A stretch of DNA of 64,000 bases from Octopus sinensis (GCF_006345805.1 NC_042997.1:125054001-125118000); one strand, 5' to 3'; positions 40,588-55,051 are shown, counted from the stretch's first letter. Notes: a model not told the origin generated them from the sequence alone. Program-made: numbers and translations.

Positions 40588-41232
40588 TATTTCGTATATT
40601 TTTCACTTGTTTATTACTTTGGTTTTGTTGAGTTTGATCTGAGAACATAAACTTTTTGTGGAGAATGGCGATTTGACGTCTATATCTAGCATGTTGACTG
40701 TCCACTTTTCGTGTGCAGTCCTTAATTGGTATATATAAATATTTTAATCTTCGGATTCTTTTTTAATATGCTAGACCACTGGTTCTAATTGATAAATATC
40801 AATTTTTACCCTAAATTTAATTTTATAAATATTTGTTCTCTAACCGATAAATTAACTGCTGCTAACTATTAGCTGCAGGCTAGTTTTCTCGGGTCTCATC
40901 GCGCCAAAAGTAGTGGCATTTGAAATATATATTTCAAATGTAATAGGCCGGACTCCATGCACGCGATATTTTGGTGTCGTGTTGGCATTTAGTACAGCAA
41001 ATTACATTTTATACGGGACCATGCTGATGATGCTGCACTTTTCCTTGCGGAAAATAACAGCTGAAACTAAATTTAGTACATGGGTAAGTATTTATTTCGT
41101 ATATTTTTCACTTGTTTATTACTTTGGTTTTGTTGAGTTTGATCTGAGAACATAAACTTTTTGTGGAGAATGGCGATTTGACGTCTATATCTAGCATGTT
41201 GACTGTCCACTTTTCGTGTGCAGTCCTTAATT

Positions 41233-41242
<10 letters not shown>
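40588..41242. repeat. 150-bp direct duplication (40588-40737 and 41093-41242)
   Basis: Essentially identical copies 505 bp apart. Confidence 0.9.
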
Positions 41243-41294
<52 letters not shown>

Positions 41295-41346
41295 TAGATA
41301 GATAATTTCAGGGTGAATACTTGATAATTGTAAGCTATATATATAT

Positions 41347-41526
41347 AGCCACAAGAGTGGCTGTGTGGTAAGAAGCTTGCTTCCCAACCACATAGTTTGG
41401 GTTCAGTCCCACTGCCTGACATCTCAGACAAGTATCTTCTTCTATAGTCTCGGGTTCACCAATGCCTTGTAAGTGGATTTGGTAAACGGAAACTGAGAAA
41501 AATGATGTCGTATATGTGTGTTTGTG

Positions 41527-41559
<33 letters not shown>

Positions 41560-41780
41560 TTGTGTCTTTGTGTCTGTGTTTGTCCTCCACCATCGCTTGA
41601 CAACCGATGTTGGTCTGTTTACGTCCCCGTAACGTAGCGGTTCGGCAAATGTGTCTGATATAATAAGTACTAAGCTTACGAAGAATAAGTTCTGACGTCG
41701 ATTTCATCGACTAAAGCAACCCTTCAAGGTGGTGCTCCAGTATGGCCACAGATAAAAATGACTGAAACAAGTAAAAAAAT
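41347..41780 (+). mobile_element. Type-C SINE, full length
   Basis: Same layout as 15156-15562. Confidence 0.9.
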
Positions 41781-42200
41781 AAAAGAAAATAGATAGATAG
41801 ATAGATAGATATACAAGGTTGGACAAACGTCAGACGACAGTAAATAAAATTCCTTAAATATCTGTAATTCTGTATTGACTGGGATTGAAAAATGCGTCGC
41901 TCAAGAAGTACTTCAGTTTCAACAATTTTCATGATGTTTCATATTGTGATGCTTTTATTAAATTCATTCAGTTGTTAAACATAAATAAATCTTGGTATTA
42001 AATGGTTTTGATTTACTGTAAGGTGACTTTTGACCAACCTTGTATATATTCAACTGTACTGGAAGCTGACTTATTAATTTAAATGTAGCACTAACTCATA
42101 CAGTAGTCGCCGTTCATATAGCTGTAAATACAAGATACATACTTATATACGCGTATAGACAGACAGAGAGACATACAAATAGATAGATAAATCATAACAT

Positions 42201-42432
42201 AAGGCGACGAGCTGGTAGAAACGTTGGCACGCCAGACGAAGTGCTGAGCGGTATTTCGTCTGCCGCTACGTTCTTAGTTCAAATTCCGCCGAGGTCGAGT
42301 TAGCCTTTCATCCTTTCGGGGTCGATTAAATAAGTACCAGTTACGCACTGGGTCAATATAATCAACTTAATCCGTTTGTCTGTCCTTGTTTGTCTCCCTG
42401 TGAGTAGCTCTTTGTGGGCAGTAAAGAAATAA
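42201..42432 (+). mobile_element. Type-M SINE, full length
   Basis: aaggcgacgagctggtagaaacgttggc..gggcagtaaagaaata. Confidence 0.9.
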
Positions 42433-42769
42433 GATAAATCATATCAAGCATATATATATAGTGTCCCCCTTGTCGCAAACGAGAGATGGATATTTCGCAT
42501 CTTTTTGTTGAACAATTTGCACGGGATATTTGTTTATGATGATGAAATACTCACACTGTACAGTACATCATCTTTACAAATCATCATTATCTGCGCAGGT
42601 ACACACTGTGACACATGTCTGATGTGACAGTATAGCAACGTGAAATGAAGCGTTTTGCTGAAGAACACGAAGCATCTCTTGGTCGGAGAATCGAAACCAC
42701 GCTCGCAAGAATTTGAGTGTAACACCTAACATCACTGAGGCCACACATCCTCAGTGATGATTTTTCACA

Positions 42770-43470
42770 TGTTCCTTATATACTACTGATACTCTGACAC
42801 TTTATTCATATATGCAGTTTACTTTTCTGTGGAATGCTTTCAATTCGAACTGCTTTTAAAGATCCGTTTCTGTCGATTTTAGATCCTGCTCCACACAGAA
42901 TAATTTGGTTTTACTAAAATACAACTGATTTGTCCTGACTTTTTAGGTATTGGCGAAGTAGAGACTTTTACTGTTCATTTCTTAGAATGGCATAAAGTAA
43001 TCTTATTTTCAAGAAACGTATAGTCTTTAGAAGTTTCTGTTGGGAATTTCCATACTCCCCAGAGCTGTCAATAGATATTTTGTAATTTTCTATTTGCTGA
43101 AGTTCTGAACTGATCTATACCTGTGAGAAATGTCGATCTCTATCTGACTTTTGGTGTTGTATAAGAAACGTAGACATTATTCTTCTTGCTTTCATGTCTA
43201 GCCTTGCTAATTTACTTCATAATTTTTGCTAATTCGTTTGAAGTTAAGAGTATCATAACTATATCTCATTACATAAACATCTAGAGTACTAAAACCTATT
43301 CCTTCATATTTTTTTTAATATAACATTCTTTTCAGTATTTATGAGTCAATTGTATTCCTTTCTAACCTCGTCTTCATCTTGTCTATATTCAGTTTCATTA
43401 ATTCCTAAAGATTTGGAAGTCTGTGTTTGGTATTATAATTCTTTTGTCTTTTTCGTTATCTAAAATGATA
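42770..43470 (-). mobile_element. Decayed R4/Dong fragment
   Basis: QTQTSKSLGINE..VRKEY and MRYSYDTLNF..MKARRIMS..HQKSDRDR align to the Dong thumb region. Confidence 0.65.
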
Positions 43471-43537
43471 TAAGTGGTATTTTTGTTTACTGCTTTACTA
43501 TGTCATTACTACTTACACTACAACAGCAACAACTGTG

Positions 43538-43641
43538 AAGGCCCAATGTCCTAGTGGTTAGGGCAGCGGACTCGCGGTCTTAGTAGCTTAGAGTAGGCTC
43601 AAATTAGAGATTATTTTTGTGGCTAATGGCGTGAGTCCTGA

Positions 43642-43672
<31 letters not shown>
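43538..43672 (+). mobile_element. Internally deleted type-R SINE (head fused to tail)
   Basis: ..gcagcggactcgcggtc|ttagtagcttagagtagg..(GAA)n. Confidence 0.85.
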
Positions 43673-44194
43673 ACAGCAACAATTACTACTAATACTACTG
43701 CTCATTTCGAATTTGTTGAAGTTAATTCTTCTAAACCGAGTTTCACGTCAATTACTCAACTACATCCATATATTGAGTGTAACAGATTTTCTAGTAACTT
43801 CACACCAGCACCATATTATTCGAATATATATACAAGACATGGATGATTGCCAATTCATCACATTTGAATCAACTTAAGTGTTGTTAGTACGTCCAGCTTA
43901 TTAGATCATGCTGGATCATTGCCTGGAAGTGTTTAATCGAACGAAACTACACCAGTACAATTTTTTTAGTATAGTACTTACCCTTCCGGTCTCTTTTGCT
44001 AAATCGGTGTCTTACGCGGACGTAAACAAATACAAACATCTATATGCAACACGCATATATGTATATATACATACATACATATATTATATATATATATATA
44101 TTATATATATATTATATATATATATATAATATATATATATATATAAATATTATATATATATAGATAGATAGATAGATGATAGATAGATAGATTG

Positions 44195-44243
<49 letters not shown>

Positions 44244-44259
44244 GATAGATAGATAGATT

Positions 44260-44353
<94 letters not shown>

Positions 44354-44472
44354 TGCGCATGCATGCATAGAGCAGAAAATGGGTAATCCTGTGGCCGACT
44401 AGTCTTCCGATTAAGTTATCGGTTATCAAGCGGTAACGGTACAAACGTAAACACACCCATTTATATACACAC

Positions 44473-44551
<79 letters not shown>

Positions 44552-44559
44552 TATATATA

Positions 44560-44950
44560 TATGTGTGTATAAAATGAAATAAAATGAAAAACAGGACACA
44601 AAAGATGTCGCGGTACACATGTTTCGAGCTTTATAAAACAACTTATTCTTACATCAATGCATAATCGACATAATAGATAGTTTAAAAGCCCTCTTCAGCC
44701 GCATGCAATTGCTATACCAAAGACTTGTATCACATTATGAAAGGTTTGAGAAAGAACGTTTGGTATTATTTATAATGGTAGGTAAACCGAGTATCACTGG
44801 GAAAGTATGTTTGTAAATCTTCATAATCAAATAGGCGTACAGGGTGTTATTAGACTCCAAAAAATCTTCCATACCGTTTTCTCACTCAATATAGAGTGAA
44901 TACTGGGTAGATAGATTCCGGTTGGGTTCATTCTTCTTGTAAGGGAATGA
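44560..44950 (-). mobile_element. 3' end / pseudo-LTR of a Penelope-like element carrying a hammerhead
   Basis: RRMNPTGIYLPSIHSIL loosely resembles the end of PLE ORFs; complete hammerhead downstream; T-rich tail into (TA)n. Confidence 0.5.
44610..44702 (-). ncRNA. Type I hammerhead ribozyme, complete core
   Basis: Minus strand GCGG-CTGAAGA-GGGCTTT..AAAGCTC-GAAAC-ATGT-GTA-CCGC: stem I GCGG/CCGC, 7-bp stem II, stem III around palindrome ACATGT, GUA cleavage triplet. Confidence 0.85.
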
Positions 44951-45024
44951 AAAAATGAGGATTGGATGTTGAGAAAAGGAAAGAAGAGAGGAAGGGGAGG
45001 AAATGTTAATGAAGTTGGGATCAC

Positions 45025-45063
<39 letters not shown>

Positions 45064-46239
45064 TGTGTATGTGTGTGTGTGCGTGTGTGTATGTGTGTGT
45101 GTGTGCGTGTGTGTGTGTGTGTGTGTGTTTTCTTTCATAAACGGGTGAAATAAAGTTAGACCCATTAAATACTCATACAATGAAATCTTAAACACGTAAG
45201 AGATTTTCTATCAATCAAAATCTTTCCCATTGTTAAAAGTAAAAGAAATAGAAAATATCGATCGTTCTCTACATATGTAGTTTTATCTCAAGTTGCCGTA
45301 CATTGACAAGCCCCAACTTTAGGGCGAAATAAATTTAGCTGCATCTACTTGCAGCTACTAGGACAACCAAAAGAGAAAAATCGGAATGCATTTTATTTAT
45401 TCGCATTATAAAATAAGTATATAAAAAAGAAATAATAAACTCTCTCCCTCTTTCTCTCAGTTATTCTCTCCCTTCGAGGGAGATTTCTCCCCGACTTCAG
45501 TTTCTTACCAAACCCTATTTCTCTGTGCCTCTGAGGCTGAAAACAACCACAGATGGTGATAGCAGCAACAGCCGTTCAAGAATTTGGACCTAGAGATCTC
45601 CACTTCCAGCGACTTCGAGGGCCACTTCTCCGTGGTGTCGGGCGTCAAGTAAGAGCCCTCGACTACAACAAGACGACCAAATTTTTTTTTTCCAAAGTCT
45701 GGGGTCTCCTGACCCTAAGCCCAAGACCATCACCTAATCACCCTTACCCGTCTTCTTGCTTAACAACAACAGCAGCAACAACGGCGGTCACCAGTCAAAT
45801 TTCACACAGACACACAGACACACACATACACATACATATATATGTGTGTGCGTGTGTGCGTGTGTGTGTGTGTGGGTGTATGTGTGTGTGTGTATGTGTG
45901 TGTGTATAAGTAATGTATGTATGTATGTATGTATGTATGTATACACGACAAACTTCAACTCTTTCTGTTTATCAAATTTACTCAGAAGGCATTTGTCGGT
46001 CCTGAGCTATACTAGAAGACACCTGCCCAAAGTTTATTGGGAAGCAATCTGCCCAAATATGTGACTTCCCGACCACATACCTGTTTTTTCTCTCTCTGTC
46101 TTATATCAATCTACAATTTCTGTTTATTCTCGTCGATTTTTCAACGCGGCGGCTAGTTATTTCTATTAACTTACTCATTTTTAACAATTCCAAAAATTCG
46201 TAAATGAGATTCCCTCTCCAGAACTCAATAACCACTCAT

Positions 46240-47150
46240 TCATGTCGTACTAAAGCCTGTCTTTTTTCTGTTACAGTTTTCTGTTACAGCTTTGTTGATC
46301 AGTAAACCATTGTTATATAAATATGACGCTTTCAGCCACCCTATATCTGCTACTCTGGCTTCTATTTACTTATTTTTAACTCCCGTGGAATATCTAGTCT
46401 TTTATGTTGCAGTTGGTGTTATGACGTTTGTATATTTTAGATAGACACGTTATTGATCTGCAATTCATGTAATCTGTTTTTCTTTTTGTTTTTGTTTTTT
46501 TTTTCATCCTGGTAAAAAATGCCTCAGGTATTCTTTCTGCTTTGTTTTGTCTTCTTTTCACTATATCCACGACTGCTTTTGCAAGTATCTAGTGGGTATC
46601 TGTTTACATGTAGGATATATGTAACTGCCTAATTTCTGTCGGCGTTTTGTTTGTTCTGTTATGCAGTTTCTACGACATTTCTGCAGAGTGGGTTGTTGTT
46701 ATTTCTTCCGATTGTTTGTTTTATGCAGTTTTTCGTTTTGAACATTTCTCATCTAGCGATACTTCACTCTATTACCCTAAACTTCCAATAAAATTTAGAC
46801 TTCTCTTACTCTAGGCAGCTGCATTTTGTTTCTGTTTTTCCTTCAAGTAGTTTTGTGGTAAAAGGCATTCTGAATCGTAGAAAAACTATTTGTTTTGATC
46901 AAAGAACCGTTGTCAGTGTTCATAACAACGAATTCTTTAGGATTTAGTGAGGCACTCTTGTATTAGTCGTTCTTTGATGTAAGATACTTTTTTTATTATG
47001 TTCCATTATTTGTGTATTGTTTCTATAACTTCCTTCTTCATATTCGTGTCTTTTCATCGTCCATCTCATTAATGGTTGAGGGATCTTACGTTTCCTCTCT
47101 TCCTATATTTGTTTCCTCATTCTATTATTTAGTTTCTATAATGCTTACTC
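46240..47150 (-). mobile_element. Decayed R4/Dong fragment (pre-RT to RT domain 2); probably continues at 47890-48320
   Basis: RQRFFDQNK, NCRSITCLSKIYK and GLLINKAVTENCNRKKTGFS match the family-1 protein. Confidence 0.75.
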
Positions 47151-47162
47151 TACTTTTTTCTC

Positions 47163-47377
47163 TCTTTTACTTGTTTCAGTCATTAGACTGTGGCCATGCT
47201 GGAGTACCGCCTTTAGTCGAGCAAATCGACTCCAGGACTTATTCTTTGTAAGCCTAGTACTTATTCTATCGTTCTTTTTTGCCGAACCGCTAAATTACGG
47301 GGACGTAAACAACCGACCATCGGTTGTCAAGCGATGTTGGGGGGGGGGACACAGTCACACAAACATATACACACACC

Positions 47378-47424
<47 letters not shown>

Positions 47425-47602
47425 TTTATTTAAAGCAGCAGAAAATTCAACAAAACCTGTTACTCTGAGTTTCACGAACGGGAACGTGAAACTCAGAGTA
47501 ACAGGTTTTGTTGAATTTTCTGCTGCTTTAAATAAAGCATATTACTCTACCACTGGTATTTGAGTACTCTTTCTTCCACCTTGTTTCACATTCATGTGTT
47601 TA

Positions 47603-47642
<40 letters not shown>

Positions 47643-47657
47643 ATATATATATATATA

Positions 47658-47691
<34 letters not shown>

Positions 47692-47842
47692 TGAATATAT
47701 ATACACGACGGGCTTCTTTCCGTTTCCGTCTACCAAATCCACTCACAAGGCTTTGGTCAGCCCGAGGCTAAAGTATAAGACACTTGCCCAAGGAACTGAA
47801 CCCGGAACCATGTGGTTCGTAAGCAAGCTACTTACCACACTC
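47163..47842 (-). mobile_element. Type-C SINE interrupted in its central microsatellite by a palindromic insert
   Basis: 3' part at 47163-47380 and head at about 47700-47842. Confidence 0.9.
47424..47605 (+). mobile_element. Palindromic mini-element: perfect 53-bp inverted repeat plus T-rich tail, containing the 3' half of a hammerhead
   Basis: 47424-47476 is the exact reverse complement of 47485-47537; GA-ACG[GGAA]CGT-GAAAC-TCAGA-GTA at 47476-47500. Confidence 0.8.
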
Positions 47843-49359
47843 CTTAATGAGAAGTTTTCAAGACTTACTCACTTCTTTCTGTGACGCCTGTGCCAGCGGC
47901 ACAGATTATTTAATATTCCATTATTATAACAGTTTCTATTTTTAAGATAAGAAGATATTTTATATTTTAAATTCTTAAATTATTTCACATTTGATGTTAT
48001 TGTCATCTTCAAAGGTTTCAACTAGTTTTTCTACTCTTACTTCTCTCTCATATTCACAACTGCTCATATTTTCGATATTTCAGTACTGGCTCAGCTTATG
48101 TTTGTCGATATTCTGTAGGTAAGCTGAGGTTTAATTTTATTGCTTCTTATTTATATTGTTTATTTTCTTTGAACTAGCTTTATCTTTATGATTTATGTTC
48201 TCAATGCTTATAGTTTTCATGGTGTTATTCTTTGTATTGGAACATTTCGTGCTTATTTACTGAAGTTGTTTATATTTCCAAAATGTATTCTTTCAGTAGG
48301 ATTGGTGTATACATATACACACATAGGCATATATATGCATTATGTATATACGTATACATGTATGTGTGTGTGTATATATATATATAGATATATATATATA
48401 TATATATATACATACATATATATACATGTATACATATATAAGTATTAATAAATATATACATATGTATACATATATATATATATGCACAGACAAATATATA
48501 TATACATGTATATATGTATATATATATACATACATACATACATATACATGTATATACATATATATATATATATATACATATAAATATATATACATATATG
48601 TACATATATATATATACATGTATATATGTATATATACACATACATATATATATACATATATACACACATACATACACACACACACGCACACACACATACG
48701 CACACACATATATATATATACATACACATTATGCATACATATTTATGTGTATCTTTTTCAACTATCTATTGTGCTGATAGTGAAAGCCATTTTGGGTCAG
48801 GATTACTTTTCTCCTCAAATATATGTATATAACAGGTGATATAGAAAGACGGTGTTGCTGCAAAATATGAATGCAGGATAGAAACGTACTCCACAGGTGG
48901 TAATTTATATGTTGTTTCTCTATAACATGTAGAATTTTACAACTGAATTTCGTTCCTTAATTTCGATGATAAACATATGAAAAATATGTTACATTTTCAC
49001 ACTTTATTTATTTGAATATTTTATACATTTAATTCAATTACGCATCCTGCTTTCAATCTGGACACAAATGTTAGCAACATTGTTCATAGAGTTTATTATT
49101 CTTTAATTTGAAAGGAATTTTATTTGTTATGATATAACTTACTTCTCTTATGTGCGCAAGTCGTGCGAACATTAACGATATATAATTTCTATCAATAAAA
49201 TTTATATATTCAATTTATATATTCATTGTAAGCAGGGTCTTACATATTTCCTGGGACGACACTTAAATAGGATGCACTTCATTTGTTAGCTTTACTTGAC
49301 AAAATATATGTGGCCTAATAGCCGTGAACTCCCTGTTTTCTTGGTTTGAAATATCAGAA

Positions 49360-50750
49360 TGAATGATCGTCTTGCAACTCACTGGTACCTTTTTCTGCTG
49401 TATGTTTACAACACCTATTTTCTGTTCGCATTACATAATGTTGCCTTCATTTTTATTGTATGGCTGACCGAACTCTGTCATGCTTGTAGATGTATTCCCC
49501 CATTTCTAAAACTGACAGCCAAAGACAGAATGATTAGTTATCTTTTCCGAACCTCCATACATTCTGCAATAAGAGAATGCATTGCGCTTTATTACATGCC
49601 TGTCAAGGTTTCTGGGGGGAAGACGTTGATCATGCGTCGTAATCAAGAACCAGGGAGGCCTCCATTTCAGATTTGAGACCCACGCTTCTCAACCAATTGT
49701 CAATTCCAATTTTTTAAATATTTTATTTATTTATATTTTGTCTTGCCGATGTTTTACTTGACAACACTTTCGCATCGCATTCTTGGAACCCATATTTAGC
49801 TGTTTTAGATTTTTCTTTTAAATTTCCCTGGTTCTTTCTTCGCAAAATTGTCTGTTACTTCAGTTTTTGATTTGTATTTGGAGGCTTCCTTGAAAACTGA
49901 TAACAAATTTCGGTTTTGTTCGTGTTTTGTAGCTTTTCCTTCATTGATCTTTATTAGATATTTTTGTAGTCATACAAGAGATACTTTTACATAGGTTTCT
50001 TTAGTTGCATTATGTTACTTTGATGGTGGTTGTGTGCGTTGGATACAGTGTGAATGCGTAATATAAATGTAACACTTCATATAGTGATCATTGGTGCAAC
50101 GTTCTCTCTTAATTTTGTCGTATATTTTATTACTTTAGATGTATAAAAGAAACGAACATCCAAAACATAATGCTATGTATAGAGAGAGTCTATCAATTTA
50201 ATCCAGAGCATCTTTAATTCCTGGCATCAATACACGCTTGTCTTTCCACAAATTTTATTGCCTTCTTCCCTTCTCTGTCTCATTTATTTCATGCTTTTGT
50301 TTTTAGAAACCTTGTAACGTGCTTACATCCTTTTTATTTGTACAGTAGAAGCATCCGTCTATTACAAACACCTTTTGGATGAATGAGGTGTTTTTTCCCT
50401 CAGCTATTTTGATACTGGCATTCCTTTCCCTTTTCTTTATCCTTCATCTTGCCGCTCGTTGTTTTCTCCATTATGCATCGTATATATTTCCTTCCACCAA
50501 TTGCAATCGGTATTATGTAATAACACCTTGGTACACGCGCATGTGTACGCATTTATAAGGCGAAAATATAAATCTGACAGAATAGTTACAGCCTCAGATA
50601 AATTGCTTTTCGATATTTATACCAGCTGTCTGCATCCCAATTTCGAATCCCAATGAAACCTGCTCTGTCTTTTAATCTTCTGGACATACTATATATTACA
50701 TAAGTACTACGATCGCTTTTTCACTCTCAGAAACAGCCTTTCTCTCTCAA
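49360..50750 (-). mobile_element. Decayed R4/Dong fragment (thumb to CCHC)
   Basis: QKYLIKINEGKATKHEQNRNLLSVFKEASKYK; CRMYGGSEKITNHSVFGC..EYIYKHDRV. Confidence 0.75.
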
Positions 50751-51029
50751 TCAGCTATTTTACGCCGTAAGAAGAGTTGTGAGAGACAAATCACCGTGTC
50801 CGTTTCCCAGTAACATAGTGTGGGACTAGCAATTATTTACCATAGAGACTGGCACTAGTAAATTCAAAACACTGATATACACTGAAACATTTGAAAGTAG
50901 GCCGGGCCGCAAGTGCAGCACAGGACAGAAACACTGTATGTTGTGTGTATGTGTCTGAATGAGTGTGTGTGTGTGTGTGTATACATACACATATACATAT
51001 ATGTGTTTGCGTGGGAGAAGTGTAGTATC

Positions 51030-52210
<1,181 letters not shown>

Positions 52211-52267
52211 TTATATGCATAGATACATACATACATACATACATACATACATTGATGGATGGATGGA

Positions 52268-53450
52268 CTTACTCACTTCTCCAAAATTGCTGGCCTTGTA
52301 TCAAAATTTGAAAGCATTATTACAGAGGCGGTGAACTGGCAGATATATTAGCACGCTGGGCAGCATGTTTAGCGGCATTAATTCTATCTTTGCGTTCTGA
52401 GTTCGAATTCCGCCGTGGTTGACTTTGCCTTTCATCCTTTCGAGGTCGATGAAATAAGTTCTAGTTAATCTTTAAGCCCCCTTTCCCAAAATTTTGCCTC
52501 CTCTCCCAAAATTTCAAGCCTCGCGCCTATACAAGACAGGACTGTTATTATTATTTAGGAGGCGTATAAGGCAGAATTGTTAGGGCGCCGGGCGTAATGC
52601 TTAGCGGTATTTCGTCTGCTGCTACGTTTTGAGTTCAAATTCCGCCGAAGCTGACTTTGCCTTTTATCCTTTCGAGGTCAATGAAATATGTACCAATTAC
52701 TCACTGGGGTCGATATAATCGACTTCCCCCTTCCCCCGAAATTTTGAAAGTCTTGTGCCTAGAGAGAACAAGTTAAGGCAACGAATAGGGCGGTGAGCTG
52801 GCGAATTGTAAGCATACCAGACAAAATGCTTAGCGGCATTTCGTCTGTCATTACGTTCTGAGTTCAAATTTCGCCAAAGTCGACTTTGCGATTCATTCTT
52901 TCGAGGTCAATTAAATAAGTACAAGATGAACAGTAGGCACGATGTAATCGACTCATCATCATGCCCCCCCCCAAGCTGACCTTGTGGCAAAAAGCTTGAA
53001 ATAATTATGAAGGCGGCGAATAAGGCGGTGAGCTGGTAGAATCGTTAGCGCGCTGGACTAAAAGCTTAGCAGTATTTCACCCATCGCTATGTCTTGAGTT
53101 CAAATACCGCTGAAGTCGACTTTACTTTTTATCCTTTCAAAGTCGATAAAATAAATACAAAGCGAGCACTGAGGTCAATGGAATCGATTAGCCCCCTCCC
53201 CACAAAGTTCAGCCCTTGACTCTATAATGGAGAGGATTACTAAGGCGGCGGCAGTGCAAGCAATCGTTAGCGCGCCGAGCAAAATGCTTTAGCGGCATTT
53301 TGTCTTTCTTTCGTTTTGAGTCTAAATCCTACCGTGGTCGACATCCCTTTTATTGTAAAAGAGGTAAAAGTTAAGCACTGGTGTCGATGTAAGCGACTTA
53401 CCTTCTCCTACCAAATTGCTGGTCGTTGTCCTTAAATTTTAAACCATTTT
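52268..53450 (+). mobile_element. Head-to-tail array of five diverged type-M SINEs (~230-bp period) preceded by a tail remnant
   Basis: Heads at about 52326, 52557, 52789, 53023 and 53244, each followed by core and tail. Confidence 0.85.
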
Positions 53451-53471
53451 ATTATCATTATTATTATTATT

Positions 53472-53521
<50 letters not shown>

Positions 53522-53537
53522 CGTTGTTGTTGTTGTT

Positions 53538-55029
53538 GCCTTTGCGCATCTTCCAAAGCTTGAGATGTATTATAGTGTCAGCTGTTTATTACCAGTGAAC
53601 TAAGGTAATACCTTTTATTTTGGGAGCACCTTCCGGAGTATTCGAACGATTTGAAGCAGTGCTGTTTTCTGCAAGTGCTCCACCTTTATTGCAGCCCCTA
53701 TTTGTTCCACCCACTTCTCGAGAGTTTTGCTCATTGTTCCCAGGGCTCCGATAATTATTGGTACTACTGGTACCTTTTTCATCGACCACAACTGCTTAAC
53801 TTCCCAAGCTAACCTGTCATATCTCTCGACTTTTCTTTCTTCCTTATCGCATACCTTGTTGTCAGCTGGGCATGCTATATCTATGATCCAGCATAGTTTG
53901 TTTCCTTTCTCAATTAAGACTATATCTGGCTTCCTATTCTCTATCTCATGGTGGCATTGAATCATAAAATCTTATAGGATCTTTACATTTCTATATTCGA
54001 CGATGCCTTCAGCTTTGTGGTCGTACCAATTTTTTGCTCTGTCAAGTCCATACCTGTTGCAAAATGTCCAATGGACAAGCCTTGCTATATTGTCGTGGCG
54101 TTTCTTATATTCCTTCAGGGCTAGTGGCGTACATTGGATGGTAATATGCCCTACGGTTTCTTCATTTTGTCCACAGATTCTGCACTTATCACTTTCTGAT
54201 GTGTTGTCTATTCTGCATTTTATGTAGTTTGTTCTTAGTGCTTGCTCTTGGGCAACACAGATTAGAGCCCTCATTTCCGGTTTTAAATCACTATTAATTA
54301 TCACAACCATTTTTCTCTGTCTGTCTTATCTTCAAAATATCTATGAAATTGACCATGCATTCTTTTCTTTACCCGCATATTTTCAGTTTCTTCGTTTTCA
54401 ATATCTTGTATAGTGCTTTATTTTTGCAATCTTTCATCCTACACAAGCCTGACCTTCTAATAATAGCGGTTCTGTGGCGTTTTCCATATACCATGCTATA
54501 TTGTTTTCTTCTGCTCTAATGCTGTGTTCACATCCAATAAGTCCTCTTCCCCTCTTTTCTTGGTACATACAATCTGTCTATGTCACTTTGTGGGTGGAGT
54601 GACCCATATCTAGTGAGCAACTTCCTTATCTTTCTGTCTAAACTGTTTATTTCGTCTACTGTCCATGCGATTACCCCTGCTCCATATCTAAGGAATGAAA
54701 CCACCCAGGTGTTGATATCTTCGATCTTATTCCGTTGTTAAATTTCAACTTAAGGATCAGTCTCAATCTGCGCAAGTACTCCACCTTAAATTTTTCTGTC
54801 ATTTCTTTCTCCATCAATTTATATATTTCCAAAATCCCCAAGTACTTATATCACGTCTCGTCTATCTGTTTCATAACCTCTCCCGACGGTATCGCTAGCC
54901 TGTCCATACATTTGATTTTGCCTCTCTTCAAGACTAACACACCACGCTTTCTAAATCCGAACTCCATTCTGATATCAGCACTGAAAGTATACGCTATATC
55001 AACGAGGGAACTGACTTGGGCTTCATCTT
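53538..55029 (-). mobile_element. 5'-truncated decayed R4/Dong LINE, family 2
   Basis: ORFs 54851-55156 (DEAQVSSLV..DIRMEFG), 53972-54310 (CRICGQNEETVGHITIQC..KRHDNIA) and 53615-53965 (RKPDIV..IIDIACPAD..KVERY); (AAC/AAT)n tail; 5' junction in (TAT)n. Confidence 0.92.
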
Positions 55030-55051
55030 TATTATTATTATTATTATTATT

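Noticed and set aside
40913-41155. ORF with a GTAAGT donor as a membrane-protein exon
   Set aside because: No good acceptor; better explained by an RT-like remnant in another frame.
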